Source: Squalus acanthias (taxonomy: Eukaryota). From it: a stretch of 64,000 nt of DNA. Positions 1 through 12,437 of this stretch are shown here, piece by piece (the first letter of the stretch is position 1; each line of letters opens with the position of its first letter). The DNA lies in the NCBI GenBank assembly GCA_030390025.1, contig JASTWF010000034.1, forward strand, positions 310,001 to 374,000, in the 5' to 3' direction. The notes beneath the pieces are model-generated. The model saw only the letters and a list, made by a program, of their open reading frames with translations, did no database searches and was not told where the DNA came from. A program made the translations under genes and the position numbers.

Positions 1-570
1 GAAACATCCTCAAAAAATTCCCGAAGATTTGTCAAGCATGATTTCCCTTTCAGAAATCCATGCTGACTTGGTCCTATCATGTCGCCACTTTCCAAATGGT
101 CTGTTATGACATCTTTAATAATTGATTCCATCATTTTACCCACCACCGATGTCAGGTTGACCGGTCTATAATTCCCTGCTTTCTCCATCCCTCCTTTTTT
201 AAAAAGAGGGGTTACATTAGCCACCCTCCACTCCTTTGGAACTGATCCAGAGTCTAAGGAATGTTGGAAAATGATCGTCAATGCATCCACTATTTCCAAG
301 GCCACCTCCTTAAGTACTCTGGGATGCAGACCATCAGGCCCTGGGGATTTATCAGCCTTCAGTCCCATCAATTTCCCCAACACCTTTTCCCGACTGATAA
401 GGATTTCCCTCAGCTCCTCCCTCTTACCAGATCGTTTGATCTCTTTTATTTCCGGAAGGTTGTTTGTGTCGTCCACAGTAAACACCGAACCAAAGTACTT
501 GTTCAATTGATCTGCCATTTCTTTGTTCCCCATTATGACTTCCCCTGCTTCTGACTGCAGGGGACCTATT
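1..570 (-). mobile_element. CR1-type LINE ORF2 fragment (tether/RT N-terminal region)
   Basis: Minus strand encodes KSPGPDGLHPRVL, NYRPVNLTS and QHGFLKGKSCLTN, typical CR1 ORF2 motifs. Confidence 0.85.
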
Positions 571-577
571 CCAAACC

Positions 578-905
578 TCTCACTGTAACAGACCAATATA
601 AGTCACTCTTCTCAATTTAACACTCTTATATACACCACAACCCTCGCTGTAACACTCTGATATATCACATACCCCTCACTGTAACACTCTGATATATCAC
701 ACACCCCTCACTGTAACACTCTGATATATCACACACCATTCACTGTAACACTGATAGACCCCACACCACTCACTGTAACACGCTGATAAACCCCACACCC
801 CTCACTGTAACAGTCTGAAATACACCAACCCCCTCACTGTAACACTCTGATACACCCCTCACTGTAACGCTCTCTTACATACTGATGCACCCCACACCAC
901 TCACT
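578..905. repeat. Degenerate ~30-32 bp minisatellite (CCCCTCACTGTAACACTCTGATATATCACA)
   Basis: Visible tandem copies; reverse complement of the 30-mer array at 44938-46113. Confidence 0.85.
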
Positions 906-1354
906 GTTGTCACTGCCACTTTAATCCCTTGGGCTTCAATTTCGGTAATATGTAATACTTTATCAAGCACCTTTTCTAAAGATAAGGGAATTGGGAAAGT
1001 GTGAGTAGTATCAGTCATACAACCATAGAATTGGAGATCCAAGTGGTGTTGACAATTTGTTTAGCGAACTTGAAGCCCCACTCTGATCAAAGGTCTCGTC
1101 TGGTTTCAATCAATGAATTATAAAATCATTGCTTTTAATCCTATTTTATTATTTCTATGTATTTGTTCTGAGGATATGGGTAACACTGTCAAGGCCGGTA
1201 TTACTTGACTATCCCTAGTTACCCATGTGAAAATGGTGGGCCTTCATCTTGAGCCGCTGCAGTCCGTGTAGTCAAGCTACTCCCACAATATAGTTACGGA
1301 AGGAATTTCAGGCTTTTGACCCAGTGACGATGATGGAACGACGATATATTTGAG

Positions 1355-1770
1355 CGGAAAGGTAGCATAGTGTTTATGTTGCTGGACTAGTAAACCAGAT
1401 TCATGGACAAATTATCCAGAGTTCAAGTCCCACCAGCTGGGGAATTTAAATTGTATTAATGAAACAAATCGGGAATAAAATGCTAGTGTCAGTAAGTGTG
1501 ACCATGAAAGTACCGGATTGTCGTATAAACCCATCTGGTTCACCGATGGCCATTAGAGAAGGAAATATGCCGTCCTTATCCTGGACTGGCTGAAATGTGA
1601 CTCCAGACCCACTGCAATGTGGTTGATTCTTAACTGGTCTCTGACATGGCCCAGCAAGACACTTGCTTGTCTCAGGCGGCTGACCACCACCTTCTCAAGG
1701 GCAATTAGGGATGGGCAATAAATGCTGGCCTTGCCAGCGACGCCCACATCACAGGAATGATTTTTAAAAA
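1355..1770 (+). mobile_element. tRNA-derived SINE with LINE-derived 3' tail
   Basis: A-box/B-box-like head (GGTAGCATAGTG...GAGTTCAAGTCCC); tail CCACCACCTTCTCAAGGGCAATTAGGGATGGGCAATAAATG shared with LINE 3' ends at 23850-23935 and 42540-42620. Confidence 0.65.
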
Positions 1771-1919
1771 TGATTTATTAAGTGTCATAATGATTTACAA
1801 AGCGTCATAATATTTTATTAATAGTCATAATGATTTGTAAATGTTATAACAGTTCTGTAAAGTGGTGTAATGATTTTAAAGCATTATAAAGGTTTAGAAT
1901 GATTAATAAAGTCCTGATG

Positions 1920-2720
1920 CTGGGCCTCCTCCTCCCCGGGCGGGGCTGCTCGGGCTCCTGTGGGCCGGGCTGCTTACCTCGCCGCCCGCTCTCACGGTAA
2001 CCGGGACTCCAGCTGCGGCCGCCTTCCGGACACTCGATTCCCATCGCCAGGGAAATCCCCCGAGTTACAACCACCATTTTTGTGCGGGGCCACAGAGCCG
2101 CCATCATTGTGCGGAGCGCGGGTTCCGCTATATTTGTGCGTGGCGTCATAGCCGCCAATTTGTGAGAATTCCAAGAACCGACATTTTTGTGTGGGGCCCC
2201 ATTGCCGCCATCTGTGTGCTGGGCTACAGAACCGCCATTTTTCTGCAGCGCCCCAGAGCCGCCATCGTTGTGTGGGGCGCCAGAGTAGCCATCTTTGTGC
2301 GGATCCCAAGAGCCGCCATCTTTGTGTGAGGCCCCAAAGCCGCCATCTTGTTGCGGTGCCCCAGAGCCGCGATCGTTGGGCGGAGCCCAGAGCCGCCTTC
2401 TTTGTGCTGGGCGAGGGTGCTCCCATCTTTGTGCGGGGCGCGGTTGCAGCTACCTTTGTGCTGGCCCAAGGAGCCGCCATCTTTGTGCTGCGCGCAGCTG
2501 TTGCCATATTTGTACTGGGTCCCAAAGCCGCCATATTTCTGCGGTTCCCCTAAGCTGCCATCTTTGTGCGAGGCGCAAGAATCGCCATCTTTGTGCTTGG
2601 TGAGGCTCCCCAGAACGGCCATCTTTGTGCGGGTACCGAAATCGGCCAACTTTGTGCTGGACCCCAGAGCTGCCAATTTGGGCGGGGCGCGGGTGACGCC
2701 ATCTTTGTGCATGGCGCCAC
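1920..2720 (-). promoter_or_regulatory. CpG island with ~24 x 27-bp array of YY1-type motifs; candidate promoter/first exon of a minus-strand transcript
   Basis: GC/CpG-rich; recurring GCCGCCATCTTTGTG core every ~27 bp from ~2070 to ~2710; ETS-like CTTCCGG near 2023; minus-strand donor GAG|GTAAGC at 1978/1977. Confidence 0.65.
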
Positions 2721-2774
2721 AATATCAGGCCCAGTGATCTTTCAAATCTCAGGCTGCAAAGTCTCCCCTTCTTC

Positions 2775-3676
2775 TCATCCTTTAATGAATTTTACAATCA
2801 GAGTAAAGGGTTGTTTGCCCACATCCTTCAACTGCTCTCTGAACTTAGTCTGGGTCACAGCGTAAATCCCAGTGTTTGTGCAGCAACTCAACAGCTGCAG
2901 CATGAATCCCAGTTCCATTACATAATCAGGTAGAAATACAGACTGATACCCCAAATCCCACATCCGCCACCATATAGAATACACCATAAACATTGCCCAT
3001 AATAGGATGAAATTGCCGGAGATAACAAGCAGTAAAATGATGGATTTCCTTCGTTTCTCCATCTCTGGATCTCTGGGAATCTCCCCACTGCTGGGACCCC
3101 GGAGTCTCCTGCGGGCTGTGCTGGACAATAAAATGTATCTGACGGTGACAGCATTGAGCAGCAGAATCACAACAAATGGGACACACGGGGTGAGGATATA
3201 ATGAAGGAACTCGATTATTCCCCAGACCCGTGACAACCGAACATCCTCTGTGACATCACAAAACCAGGGGAGGTTCAGAAGCAAATACTGACCTCTGAAC
3301 ATAAAATACCAGAAGATGTTCTTTAAACCGCTCAGCACAGTCACTGTTCCAAGAACCACAGCCGCCGTTTTCTCGGTGCAATATTTAGTTTTCAGCTTCT
3401 GGCAACAAATGGCCACAAATCGATCAAAGGTGAAAGTGACGGTGAACCAGACAGAACAGTCTGTGGCTGCGAACAGCAGGACGGCGTGGATATTACACAC
3501 GGGGATCGACCGCAAGAAATCAAACTGTTCCCCATAAACAATCGGAATGTGCCTCAATATCAGGTCGAGGATAATGACCAGTAGATCCGCCGCTGCCATG
3601 GCCACCAGGTAGCGAGTGACACATTTGGAGAGACCGCACTTTCCCCGCGACAGGATCCCTGTCGTCACCAAGTTAA
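2775..3676 (-). CDS. GPR139-like class A GPCR, exon 2 (end of TM1 through TM7 and stop)
   Basis: Uninterrupted ORF with hydrophobic helices, MAAADLL (TM2), FTFDRFVAIC (TM3), SCCTNTGIY (TM7); acceptor TTTATTTCCCTTCCACACAG ends at 3677, phase 1. Confidence 0.92.
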
Positions 3677-4987
3677 CTGTGTGGAAGGGAAATAAACAGG
3701 GAAATTATTCATCAGGCTGGGAGCAAAAGCAGCAGTTTGAGGGAATTCGGGGTGAAATCTGCAACTCATTACCGACATTGAATGATATAATCTAATCCTA
3801 TTACCTGTGGAGCTGAATACAGGGCGTATTGCAAGAATAATCGGGAATACATTGTGGAATCAATAAATGAAATGGGAATAAATACAACATGAAAGTAGCA
3901 GATGTTTGATCAAGGAGAGATTAAATGATCGATCTACATTTAGCCCAGCAGACAAAAGCACCGCCCGAGGTACCAGGGACACAAAGGACCAGACCCTCTC
4001 AGGAAGCCTTCGTGTCCCGGGATCAGTCAGCATTTGGAGCGGTGCAGTTCGCTTCTGTGCCCCTGTGTTAGGGAGGGGGAAATCCGGCTTGGATTCCTGC
4101 TCCAAGTCAGAATATCCATTCTATTTAGAACTGAAAATGAATGCAACAGCAAAATACAGAAACTGCAACCTTGGCATGCAATAATTACAGGCAATTGTAT
4201 ATGAAAGTACGGATGTAATATGACAATGCTAAGATAATAAATACAAGTGCACTGCAGTTATAAAGATAACTGGGCTATCAGATATGTTTTGGAGATTGAG
4301 TTTACTGCATTTTTGTTGAAATACACAAATTCTAACTCATTGAAAGGAAGATTTGCAAGGAACATTGCAAATAATGGACTCTGAATTAAAGTAAATAGTG
4401 ATGATTGACCAGGTAATGTCCCACTAAATGCATTTATTAGCATCGGAATCAGACGACTTAGCCCACAGGCAAAGTGCCACCAAATGCTGTTGAAAAGTAT
4501 CTGAACTCAAATGGAAGAGATTTATCCTTGTACTTTTTCACCTGTTGTTTCCAACTTCTGCAGAGAATATTAGACGAGAAGATATCAAAGGATTTTCTTA
4601 TCCTCAGTACTTCAGTTACAATCAGCGGGGATTGTTTATCCTGAAGTACAGCAGGAGGCAATAGAGAATCACTCTGGGTCTCACTTACAGATCCACTGAA
4701 CTGTGACAGACGGGCATGGGATCCAATTGTAAATTCAGTACAATGATCAGAAAGAAATGTATTGAAATATGGCTGAATGAACGTTTTGTGACAATGTAAA
4801 TTATCCTTGTAATCCTACTTTAACCACCAGAAGCAGTGCCAATAATGCAGAACTGGAGAGGGTGGGAAAGGATAAACTGACTGGAACTGAATGATTAGCG
4901 GATATTTCAGACATTTAATGATGTGGATGTGATCTGCCAGGATTTGTTCCTGTGACTCTGTAAGTAACCATACCGAGCATTAGGTGA

Positions 4988-5125
4988 AAACAAAAGAAAA
5001 ATACTGCGGATACTGGAAATCTGAAATGAAAACAGAAAATGGTGGAAATACTCAGCGGGTCAGACAGCATCTGTGGAGAGAGAGAAACAGATTTAACGTT
5101 TCTGGTCGATGGCCTTTCGCCATTA
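4988..5125 (-). mobile_element. Penelope-like element terminal (pLTR) remnant
   Basis: Similar to 41755-41857 and 12438-12470 (TACTGCGGAT.CTGGAAATCTGA, CTCAGC.GGTCAG.CAGCAT, AACGTTTC); hammerhead core degenerate here. Confidence 0.55.
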
Positions 5126-5351
5126 GGTGAAAAGTCTCCTAAACCAAGACAACATTCTTCTGACCTGATACTAATGTTCAGTGTCGGTAGCAGACTGAAA
5201 TTCGTTAAATCAAGAGTCACTTCCAATAAATTTACTTGAGTTGAATATAGAACATTTGAATCTTGGTTACACAATATCACGATCAGAATCAATAGCTGAC
5301 AGCAGCGCGGATGGGATGGGGAACGAGAAAGAGAGAAACACAGTTAAACAT

Positions 5352-8215
5352 GCGGGGAAAAAGCCGGTTAGTTTGCGCCTCCCCTTAGCGCTTTCAGGGG
5401 CGCTAACGGTGTGCTCGATACTTAGCGCCCGAGCACGGCTATTTTAGCGCCACTCGCGAAATAGACCAGTCGTTTTGCAGCGGCGCTAAAGAATGCCGCC
5501 ACAGTCTCTTGCGCCCGCAGATCGTGACATCATACGAGAGTGGAACGCCCCGGTAGCACCCCGGACCGGATATTGAGTCACGTCCCCTGCCTTTCCGCCT
5601 GCCGCTAGGAACGACAGGTAGAGGGGAACGTTTTCAAGTCAGGAAGGAGCTGGGGGAGCGCTATTTAAAGGCGGCCGCTTCCTGCCTTTTCTTGTCTGCA
5701 AAATTTTTGGTACACACAGGTTGAGAGGGAGACAGACGTCTGGAGAGATTCGACGCTGACCGAAAGAGTTTTGGGTCCTGAGAACAACTTTGGAAGTTCA
5801 TTTTTATTTCAACTTCCTTCTAACGATATATGGAAGCTTCGATGGGGGCTGCACTAACTCGGGGCTTCTGCATTGTCCAGCTTCACCTTCAGAGACTGTA
5901 GAGGCGCAGAGAGACAGTTGCAAACATTGCCAGAGGGAGGAGGGCCAACAGGCCTCTGCACAGGAGACCTTATCCTCCCAGGGTATTCCGGGAGCAATTC
6001 TCCTCCTATATCCATGTTTCTGAGGAGCAGTGTTTCCAAAGACTGTGCATCAGCAAGGAGGTGGTCACTGTGCTCTGCCACCTCCTGCGACCAGATCTGC
6101 AGCCTCAGTTCAGGACCAGGACGTCACTGTCGGTGGCAGTGAGGGTGAAAGTGGCTCTGAATTTCTAAGTCAGCGGTCCCTTTCAGACTTCTACTGGGGA
6201 CATAGTGAATATCTCCCAGTTCGCTGTTCATTGTTGCATCCAGGAGGTGACAAAGGCTTTGTATAAGAGGAGACGCCAGTACATCTCTCCCCATGACCCG
6301 GGACAAACAGCACAAACGCGCATGTGGCTGTGCGAGAATAGTGGGCTTCCCCATGGTTCAGGGCGCCATTGACAGCACGCATGTGGCATTGTGGGGCAAC
6401 TCATGACAATGCAGAGGTGTTCCGAAACTACAAGGGCAGCCACGCTCTGAATGTCCAGTGGGTGTGTGACCACAGTCAGCTCATCCTTGCCGTCAATGCC
6501 CGCTATCCTGGCAGCAGCTACGATACTTTTATCCTGCGGCAGACCGGTGTCGCAGACCTCTTCCAACCACCGCATCAACCTAATGGATGGCTCCTCGGGG
6601 ACAAGGGTTATCCACTCTGAATCTGGCTGATGACACCGCTCCATAAACCCAACACCCCTGCCGAGCAGCAATACAATGAGAGCCATAGCGCCACCAGGAA
6701 CCTCAGAGCACACGACCGGTGACTTGAAACAACGGTTCCGGTGTCTGGACCACTCAGAGGGAGCCCTGCAGTACTATCCCGAGCAAGTCTCCCTCTTGAT
6801 TGTTGTGTGCTACATGCTTCATAACATTGCAATCATGAGGGCCCAGCTATTGCCACCAGGGATTGGTGCACCACCTGAGGAAGAGGATGAGGAGGAGGAT
6901 GAAGAGGAGGATCAGCAGCACCACGGTGGGAGGGAGATGCACAATGTTGCCATTGCAAGGGCCGACCGTGAATGGCTGATAAGACACCGATTCTAATCCC
7001 TTACTGAGAAGATAGCTTCTGGGATGAAGAAGCACATCACTGAAAGCATCCCGCACACCCTGTTGCCGGCCTAAGCTGCAATGATTCAAATCAGGAAAGA
7101 TTTAAAGTTAGAATTTAAAAAAATATTTATATTACAAAATCTGTGCCATTTGATCAGGACAAACAATTAGAAACAAACCCAACAATTCATGAACGAACAA
7201 AACTCGTTCTCACAACATGGAGCCAAATGGCAAAACAGTCAACAAATATGATAACAACCTCAAACTTTCCCACAAACATTCCCCCGATTTATTTACAGAT
7301 TCTACTTTTGGGACTTCGAGGGTGACCTCCACCCCCTCCGCATATCCCCCCTTCCCACCCTACTGCTCCTCTGTAATGTGGCCCCACTGGCTGCAGCAAG
7401 GCTGGCGGAAGGCTGCTGAATGCTTGATCTAGAGATTGCCTTGAAGGACGCCCTCGATCAGCTCTGGGCCTAGAGAGCCGGGCTGCTGACTGCACCAACT
7501 CTGTATGGGCGGCAGCAGTCTGGGCTGGCTGTGTTGCAGACCATGCCAAGTGCAATGGGGTAGTGGCGTTGGTGGGACAGGAATGCTGTCATCTTGAGAT
7601 GGGACAGCACCTTTCTGTTCGACTGAAATGCTGCCACTCCTCCGGGGCAGAACCTCAGCATCTGGAGCAATCAGCTCGAGCACAGATTGCTGGCCTGCTG
7701 CGGCACCGTGAGATCCCTGAGGGACTGTGGGTGACCCTGCGAGGATGGCAGTACTCATGCTTGCGTGACATCAATCTGAGACGGCATGACAGCAGTCTGA
7801 GACTGGATGGCACCATCCAATGACTGAATTGCAGCACTAAGCCATTGCGTTGCGTCGGCCTGTGCTGCAATGGATCATGCCACCTCACGCATTACACACG
7901 GCTCTGGTTCACCATGGTCTCCCTGCAATTCAACCATCCTCTGCAATGAGGCAAGGATGGGTACAAGGGCTTGCACACAGATGAAAGCTGTGCTAGCGGC
8001 GGACTCCTCCACGCTCCTAGCCATTGTATCCATGCTGTCAAGCACACTTGCCATTGCACCCATCAGCTCAGTGTTCATGCTCAAGGCTTGGGTATTCATG
8101 GCCGCGATATCGAGTTCCTCATCCAAGTGCTGTGCAGCAGACCTCGCGCACCTGCTTACCGTACCCACATGGCATTGCTGCAGCCCGCTGGGTCTAGGAG
8201 ATTCGCCCTCACAGA
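5352..8215. mobile_element. PIF/Harbinger DNA transposon, decayed, truncated on the right by a CR1
   Basis: DDE nuclease remnant on + and convergent second-ORF remnant on - (7400-8215); GC-rich subterminal region 5352-5680. Confidence 0.8.
5842..6996 (+). pseudogene. Harbinger (HARBI1-like) DDE transposase pseudogene
   Basis: GAIDSTHVAL, NYKGSHALNVQWVCD, YPGSSYD, GWLLGDKGYPL, LKQRFRCLD, CYMLHNIA across several frames; stop at 6618-6620 and frameshifts; acidic C-terminal tail. Confidence 0.85.
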
Positions 8216-8984
8216 CCCTAACATTCTGCCAATCACCTTAAATCTGTGTCCTCTGATTAGCGACCTTTCCACCAATGGGAACAGTTTCTCTCTATCTGCT
8301 CTGTCCAGAGCCCTCATGATTTTGAACACCTCTATCACATCTCCTCTCAACCTCCTCTGCTCTAAGGATAACAACCCCAGTTTCTCCAGTCTATCCACGT
8401 AGCTGAAGTCCCTAATCACTGGAATCATTCTTGTAAATCCTTCCTGCACCCGCTCTAATCATTCAAATCCTTCCTAAAGTGCGGTGCCCAGAATTGTACA
8501 TAATACCCCAGTTGAGGCTGAACCAGTGTTTTATACAGGTGCATCATAACTTGCTTGTTTCTGTACTCTATGCCTCTATTTATGAAGCCCAGGATCCTGT
8601 ATGCTTTTTTAACTGTTTTCTCAACCTGCCCTGCAAAATTCAACGATGTGTGCACATATACCCCAGGTCTCTCTGTTCATGCACCCCTTTTAGAATTGTA
8701 CCCTTTACTTTATATTGTCTCTCCTCATTCTTCCTACCAAATTGTATCATTTCATATGTTTCTGCGTTAAATGTCATCTGCCACGTGTCCGCCCATTCCA
8801 CCAGCATGTCTATATCCTCTTCAAGTCCATCACTATCCTCCACACTGTTCACTATACTTCCAAGTTTTGTGTCATCTGCAAATTTCGAAATTGTGCCCTT
8901 TACCCCCAAGTCCAAATCATTAATATATATCAAGAAAAGCAGTGGTCCTAGTACCAACCCCTGGGGAACACCACTGTGTACCTT

Positions 8985-9592
8985 TGTAGGGGAGTGAAAA
9001 GAGTTAATGGGATTGAAAGAGTTAATTTGAACTCACGTTAAATTAAAATAATAATTTCTCGTCTTCTGTATGAAACCTCCCAGGTGGGAGATAAGGCCTG
9101 GTTGAGCGTTGTGATACTTAGCAACACCCAAGGTCATAACACAATGAAAAGACTGTAAAAACCCAGACACAGGGCCTCCAAGCAGACTGCATATATACGT
9201 CATTAATGCTTTAGTTTGTAACTGACAGAGATAAGAGTATAACGAATTAATGGTTTTGTTTGTAACTGACAGAGATAAGAGTATAACGAATTAAAATATA
9301 ACGAATTAATGATTTAGCTTGAACTGATATAAATTGTTTAGAATATAACGAATTAATTGTAAGCTGTTTAAGTTTGAAATTGACATACTTGTAAACATGT
9401 GATATTTTGTAACTATGTGATTGGAGAACTCTTCAATAAAAGGTTGTCATTGACAACGAGAGGTCGAGAAGTTGAAGTCATCAGACCGAGCAAGATTCTG
9501 TGACACTTCTCCCAGGGATCTCTGAATATTAAATAAACTGTTTCTTGCTTTTACCTATAAACAGACTGGAGTGAAATAATTTCTCCCTAACA
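8985..9592 (+). mobile_element. Solo LTR inserted in the CR1
   Basis: TGTAGGGGAG...CTCCCTAACA imperfect inverted termini, AATAAA near 9436 and 9532, CR1 reading resumes on both sides; only CTT matches as target duplication. Confidence 0.7.
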
Positions 9593-11441
9593 CTTCTTCC
9601 ATTCCGGAAAACAACCGTTCACCGCTACTCTCTGTTTCCTGTCACTTCGCCAATTTCGTATCCATGCTGCCACTGTCTCTTTTATTCCATGGGCTTCAGC
9701 TTTGCTGGCAAGCCTGTTATGTGGCACTTTATCAACGTCTTTTTGAAGTCCATGTACACCACATCAACCGCATTGACCCCATCAACCTTCCCTATTGAAT
9801 CATCAATAAACACGACAAGTTAGTTAAAATACGATTTCCCTTTAACAAATCCGTGCTGGCTTTCCTTAATTAATCCACACTTGTATAAGTGCCTGTTAAT
9901 TTTGTCCCAGATTATAGTTTCTCAAAGCTTCCTAACCAGCAAGGTTCAACTGGTTGCCTTACAGTTGCTGGGTTTATCCTTACACCCGTTTTGAACAAGG
10001 CTGTAACAGTTGCAATTCTCCAGTTCTCTGGCACCACACTGTATCTAAAGAAGATTGGAAGAGTATGGACAGTACCTCCGCAATTTCCACCCTTACCTCC
10101 CTCAGCATCCTAGGAAGCATCCCATCCGCTCCTGGTGACTTATCTACTTTAAGCACAGCCAGCCTTTCTAGTACCTCGTCTTTATCAAGTTTTAGTCCAT
10201 CCAGTATCTCAACTACCTCCTCTTTCACTATGACTTTGGCAGCAGCTCCTTCCTTGGTAAAGACAGATACCAAGTATTAATTTAATATCTCGACCATGCC
10301 CACTGCCTCCATTCATTGGTCTCCTTTTAGGCCCTTAATCAGCCCCACCCCTCCTCTTACTGCCCGTTTACTATTTATATTCCTTTCGAAGACGTTTGGA
10401 TTCCATTTTTTTGTTAGCTGCCAATTTATTCTCATACTCTGTTTGCCCGTCTTATTTCGTTTTACACTTCCTCTCTCAACTTTGTGTATTCAGCCTGGTT
10501 CTCACTTGTATTCTCAACTTCACATATGTCATACGCCCTCTTTTCCTGCTTCCTCTCAGTCACTGTCTCTTTCGTCATCCAGGGAGCTCTGGCTTTGTTT
10601 GCGCTGCCTAACCCCATAGTGGATGTGTACCTCGATTGTACCCGAATCATCTCTTCTTTAAAGGCGGTCCATTGTTCTCTGACTGTTTTGCCTGCCAATA
10701 TTTGATTCCAATTTACCCAAGCCAACTCCGTTCTCCACCCACTGAAATTGGCCCTCCTCCAATTAAGTATTTTCACTCTACATTGTTCCTTGTCCTTTTC
10801 CATAGCTAATCTAAACTTGATGATACTATGATCACTGTTCCCTAAATGTTCCCTTACTGACACTTTCTCCACTTGACCTACCTCATTCCGCAGAACCAGA
10901 TCCAGCAATGCCTCCTTCCTCTTTGGGCCGGAAATGCACCAATCAAGAAAGTTCTCTTGAACTCACTTCAGAAATTCTTCCCCATCTCTGCCTTTTATAC
11001 GATGATTATCCCAGTCTATATTAGGATAACTGAAGTCCCCCATTATCACTACTCTATATTTCTTCTACTTCTCTAATTTCCCTGCAGATTTGCTCCTTTC
11101 CACTAGTTGGTGGCCGATAGAATACATCTGGTACCTCTATTGTTCCTTAACTCTAACCAAATAGATTCTGTCCTTTATCCCTCTAAGACATCCTCTCTTC
11201 TCCAGCACTTTAATATTCTCCTTTATCAATACTGCTAACTTACCAAATTTATTTCCTTCCCTATCTTTCCCGAATATCTTATACTTAGGAATATTTAGTA
11301 CCCAATCCTGCCCTTTTTAGAGCCAGGTCTTGTTATCGCCACAACATCATTTCCCTATGTGGTTATTTGCGCCTGCAGCTCACCCACCTTATTTACCACA
11401 CTTCGTGCGTTTACACACATGCACTGTAAACCCATCTGACA

Positions 11442-12420
11442 GTGTCAGCTGTGGCTCAGTTGGTAGCACACTCGCCTCTCAGTCAGAGGTTGTGGGTTCA
11501 AGTGCCCACTCCAGGAAATTAAGCTCATAAATCTAGATTGACACTCCAATGTAGGAATGAGGGAGTGCTGCACTGTTGGAGGTGCCGTCTTTCGGATGTG
11601 CCGTTAAATCGAGGCCCCGTCAGCTCTCTCAGGTGGACGGAAAAGATCCCATTGCACAAGTTCGAAGATTGTGAAGGGGTTGGATCGGGTGGATGCGGGG
11701 AGGATGTTCCCGATGACGGGTGAGACTAGAACTAGGGGACATAGTCTTAGAATAAGGGGCTGCTCTTTCAAAACTGAGATGAGGAGGAACTACTTCACTC
11801 AGAGGGTGGTAGGTCCATGGAATATGCTGCCACAAAAAGCTGTAGAAGCTACATCATTAAATAAATTTAAAACAGAAATAGACAGTTTCCTAGAAGTAAA
11901 GGGCATTAAGGGTTACGGGGAGCGGGCAGGAATTTGGACATGAGTCTAGGTTCGGATCGGTCATGGCCCTGTGGGTAGTGGAGCGGGCCCAGGGACCGTG
12001 TAGCCTGATTCTGCTCCTATTTCGTGTGTGCAATTCTGTTAGATGCAGGAGATGGTTCTGTGATAGTAGATAGTAGATTGGCGGTTAGGATCAGATCAGC
12101 CATGATCTTATTGAATGGCGGCGCAGGCTCGAGGGGCCGATTGGCCTACTCCTGCTCCTATTTCTTATGTTCTTATGTTAACAGTAGAGGAGTTATCCCC
12201 GGTGTTCTGGCCAATATTTATCCCTCAATCAAAATAACAGAAACAGTTTATCTGGTCATTATCACGTTGCTGTTTCTGGGAGCTTGCTGTGCACAAATTA
12301 GCTGCCGTGTTTCTCACATTAGAACAGTGACTACACTCCAAAAGTATCCATTGGCTGTAAAGCGCTTCGAGACGTCTGGTGGTCGTGAAAGGCGCTATAT
12401 AAATGTAAGTCTTTCTTTTT
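11442..12420 (+). mobile_element. tRNA-headed DeuSINE-like (SacSINE1-like) SINE, interrupted by a CR1 3' fragment
   Basis: Head TGGCTCAGTTGGTAG...GGGTTCAAGTGCCC; body and tail GGCGCTATATAAATG.AAG match reverse copy at 15012-15365; family name is from recall. Confidence 0.7.
11658..12178 (+). mobile_element. 5'-truncated CR1 3' end inside the SINE
   Basis: GLDRVDAGRMFP...FTQRVVGPWNMLP C-terminus; (TTCTTATG)2 tail. Confidence 0.85.
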
Positions 12421-12437
12421 CATTTATCTTAGACCTT

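Noticed and set aside
2070..2712. CRISPR-like repeat-spacer pattern
   Set aside because: Repeat ~15 bp and spacer ~12 bp are too short, degenerate, no cas genes, vertebrate context
1992..2737. Overlapping 100-180 aa ORFs with KMAA repeats
   Set aside because: By-product of the 27-bp GC-rich array (AAGATGGCGGC reads KMAA); open in many frames, no domain
2775..3676. Assigning the symbol GPR139
   Set aside because: Looks like a lineage-expanded GPR139-like paralogue; orthology needs a phylogeny
11445..11515. tRNA gene
   Set aside because: It is the tRNA-derived head of a SINE; continues into SINE body
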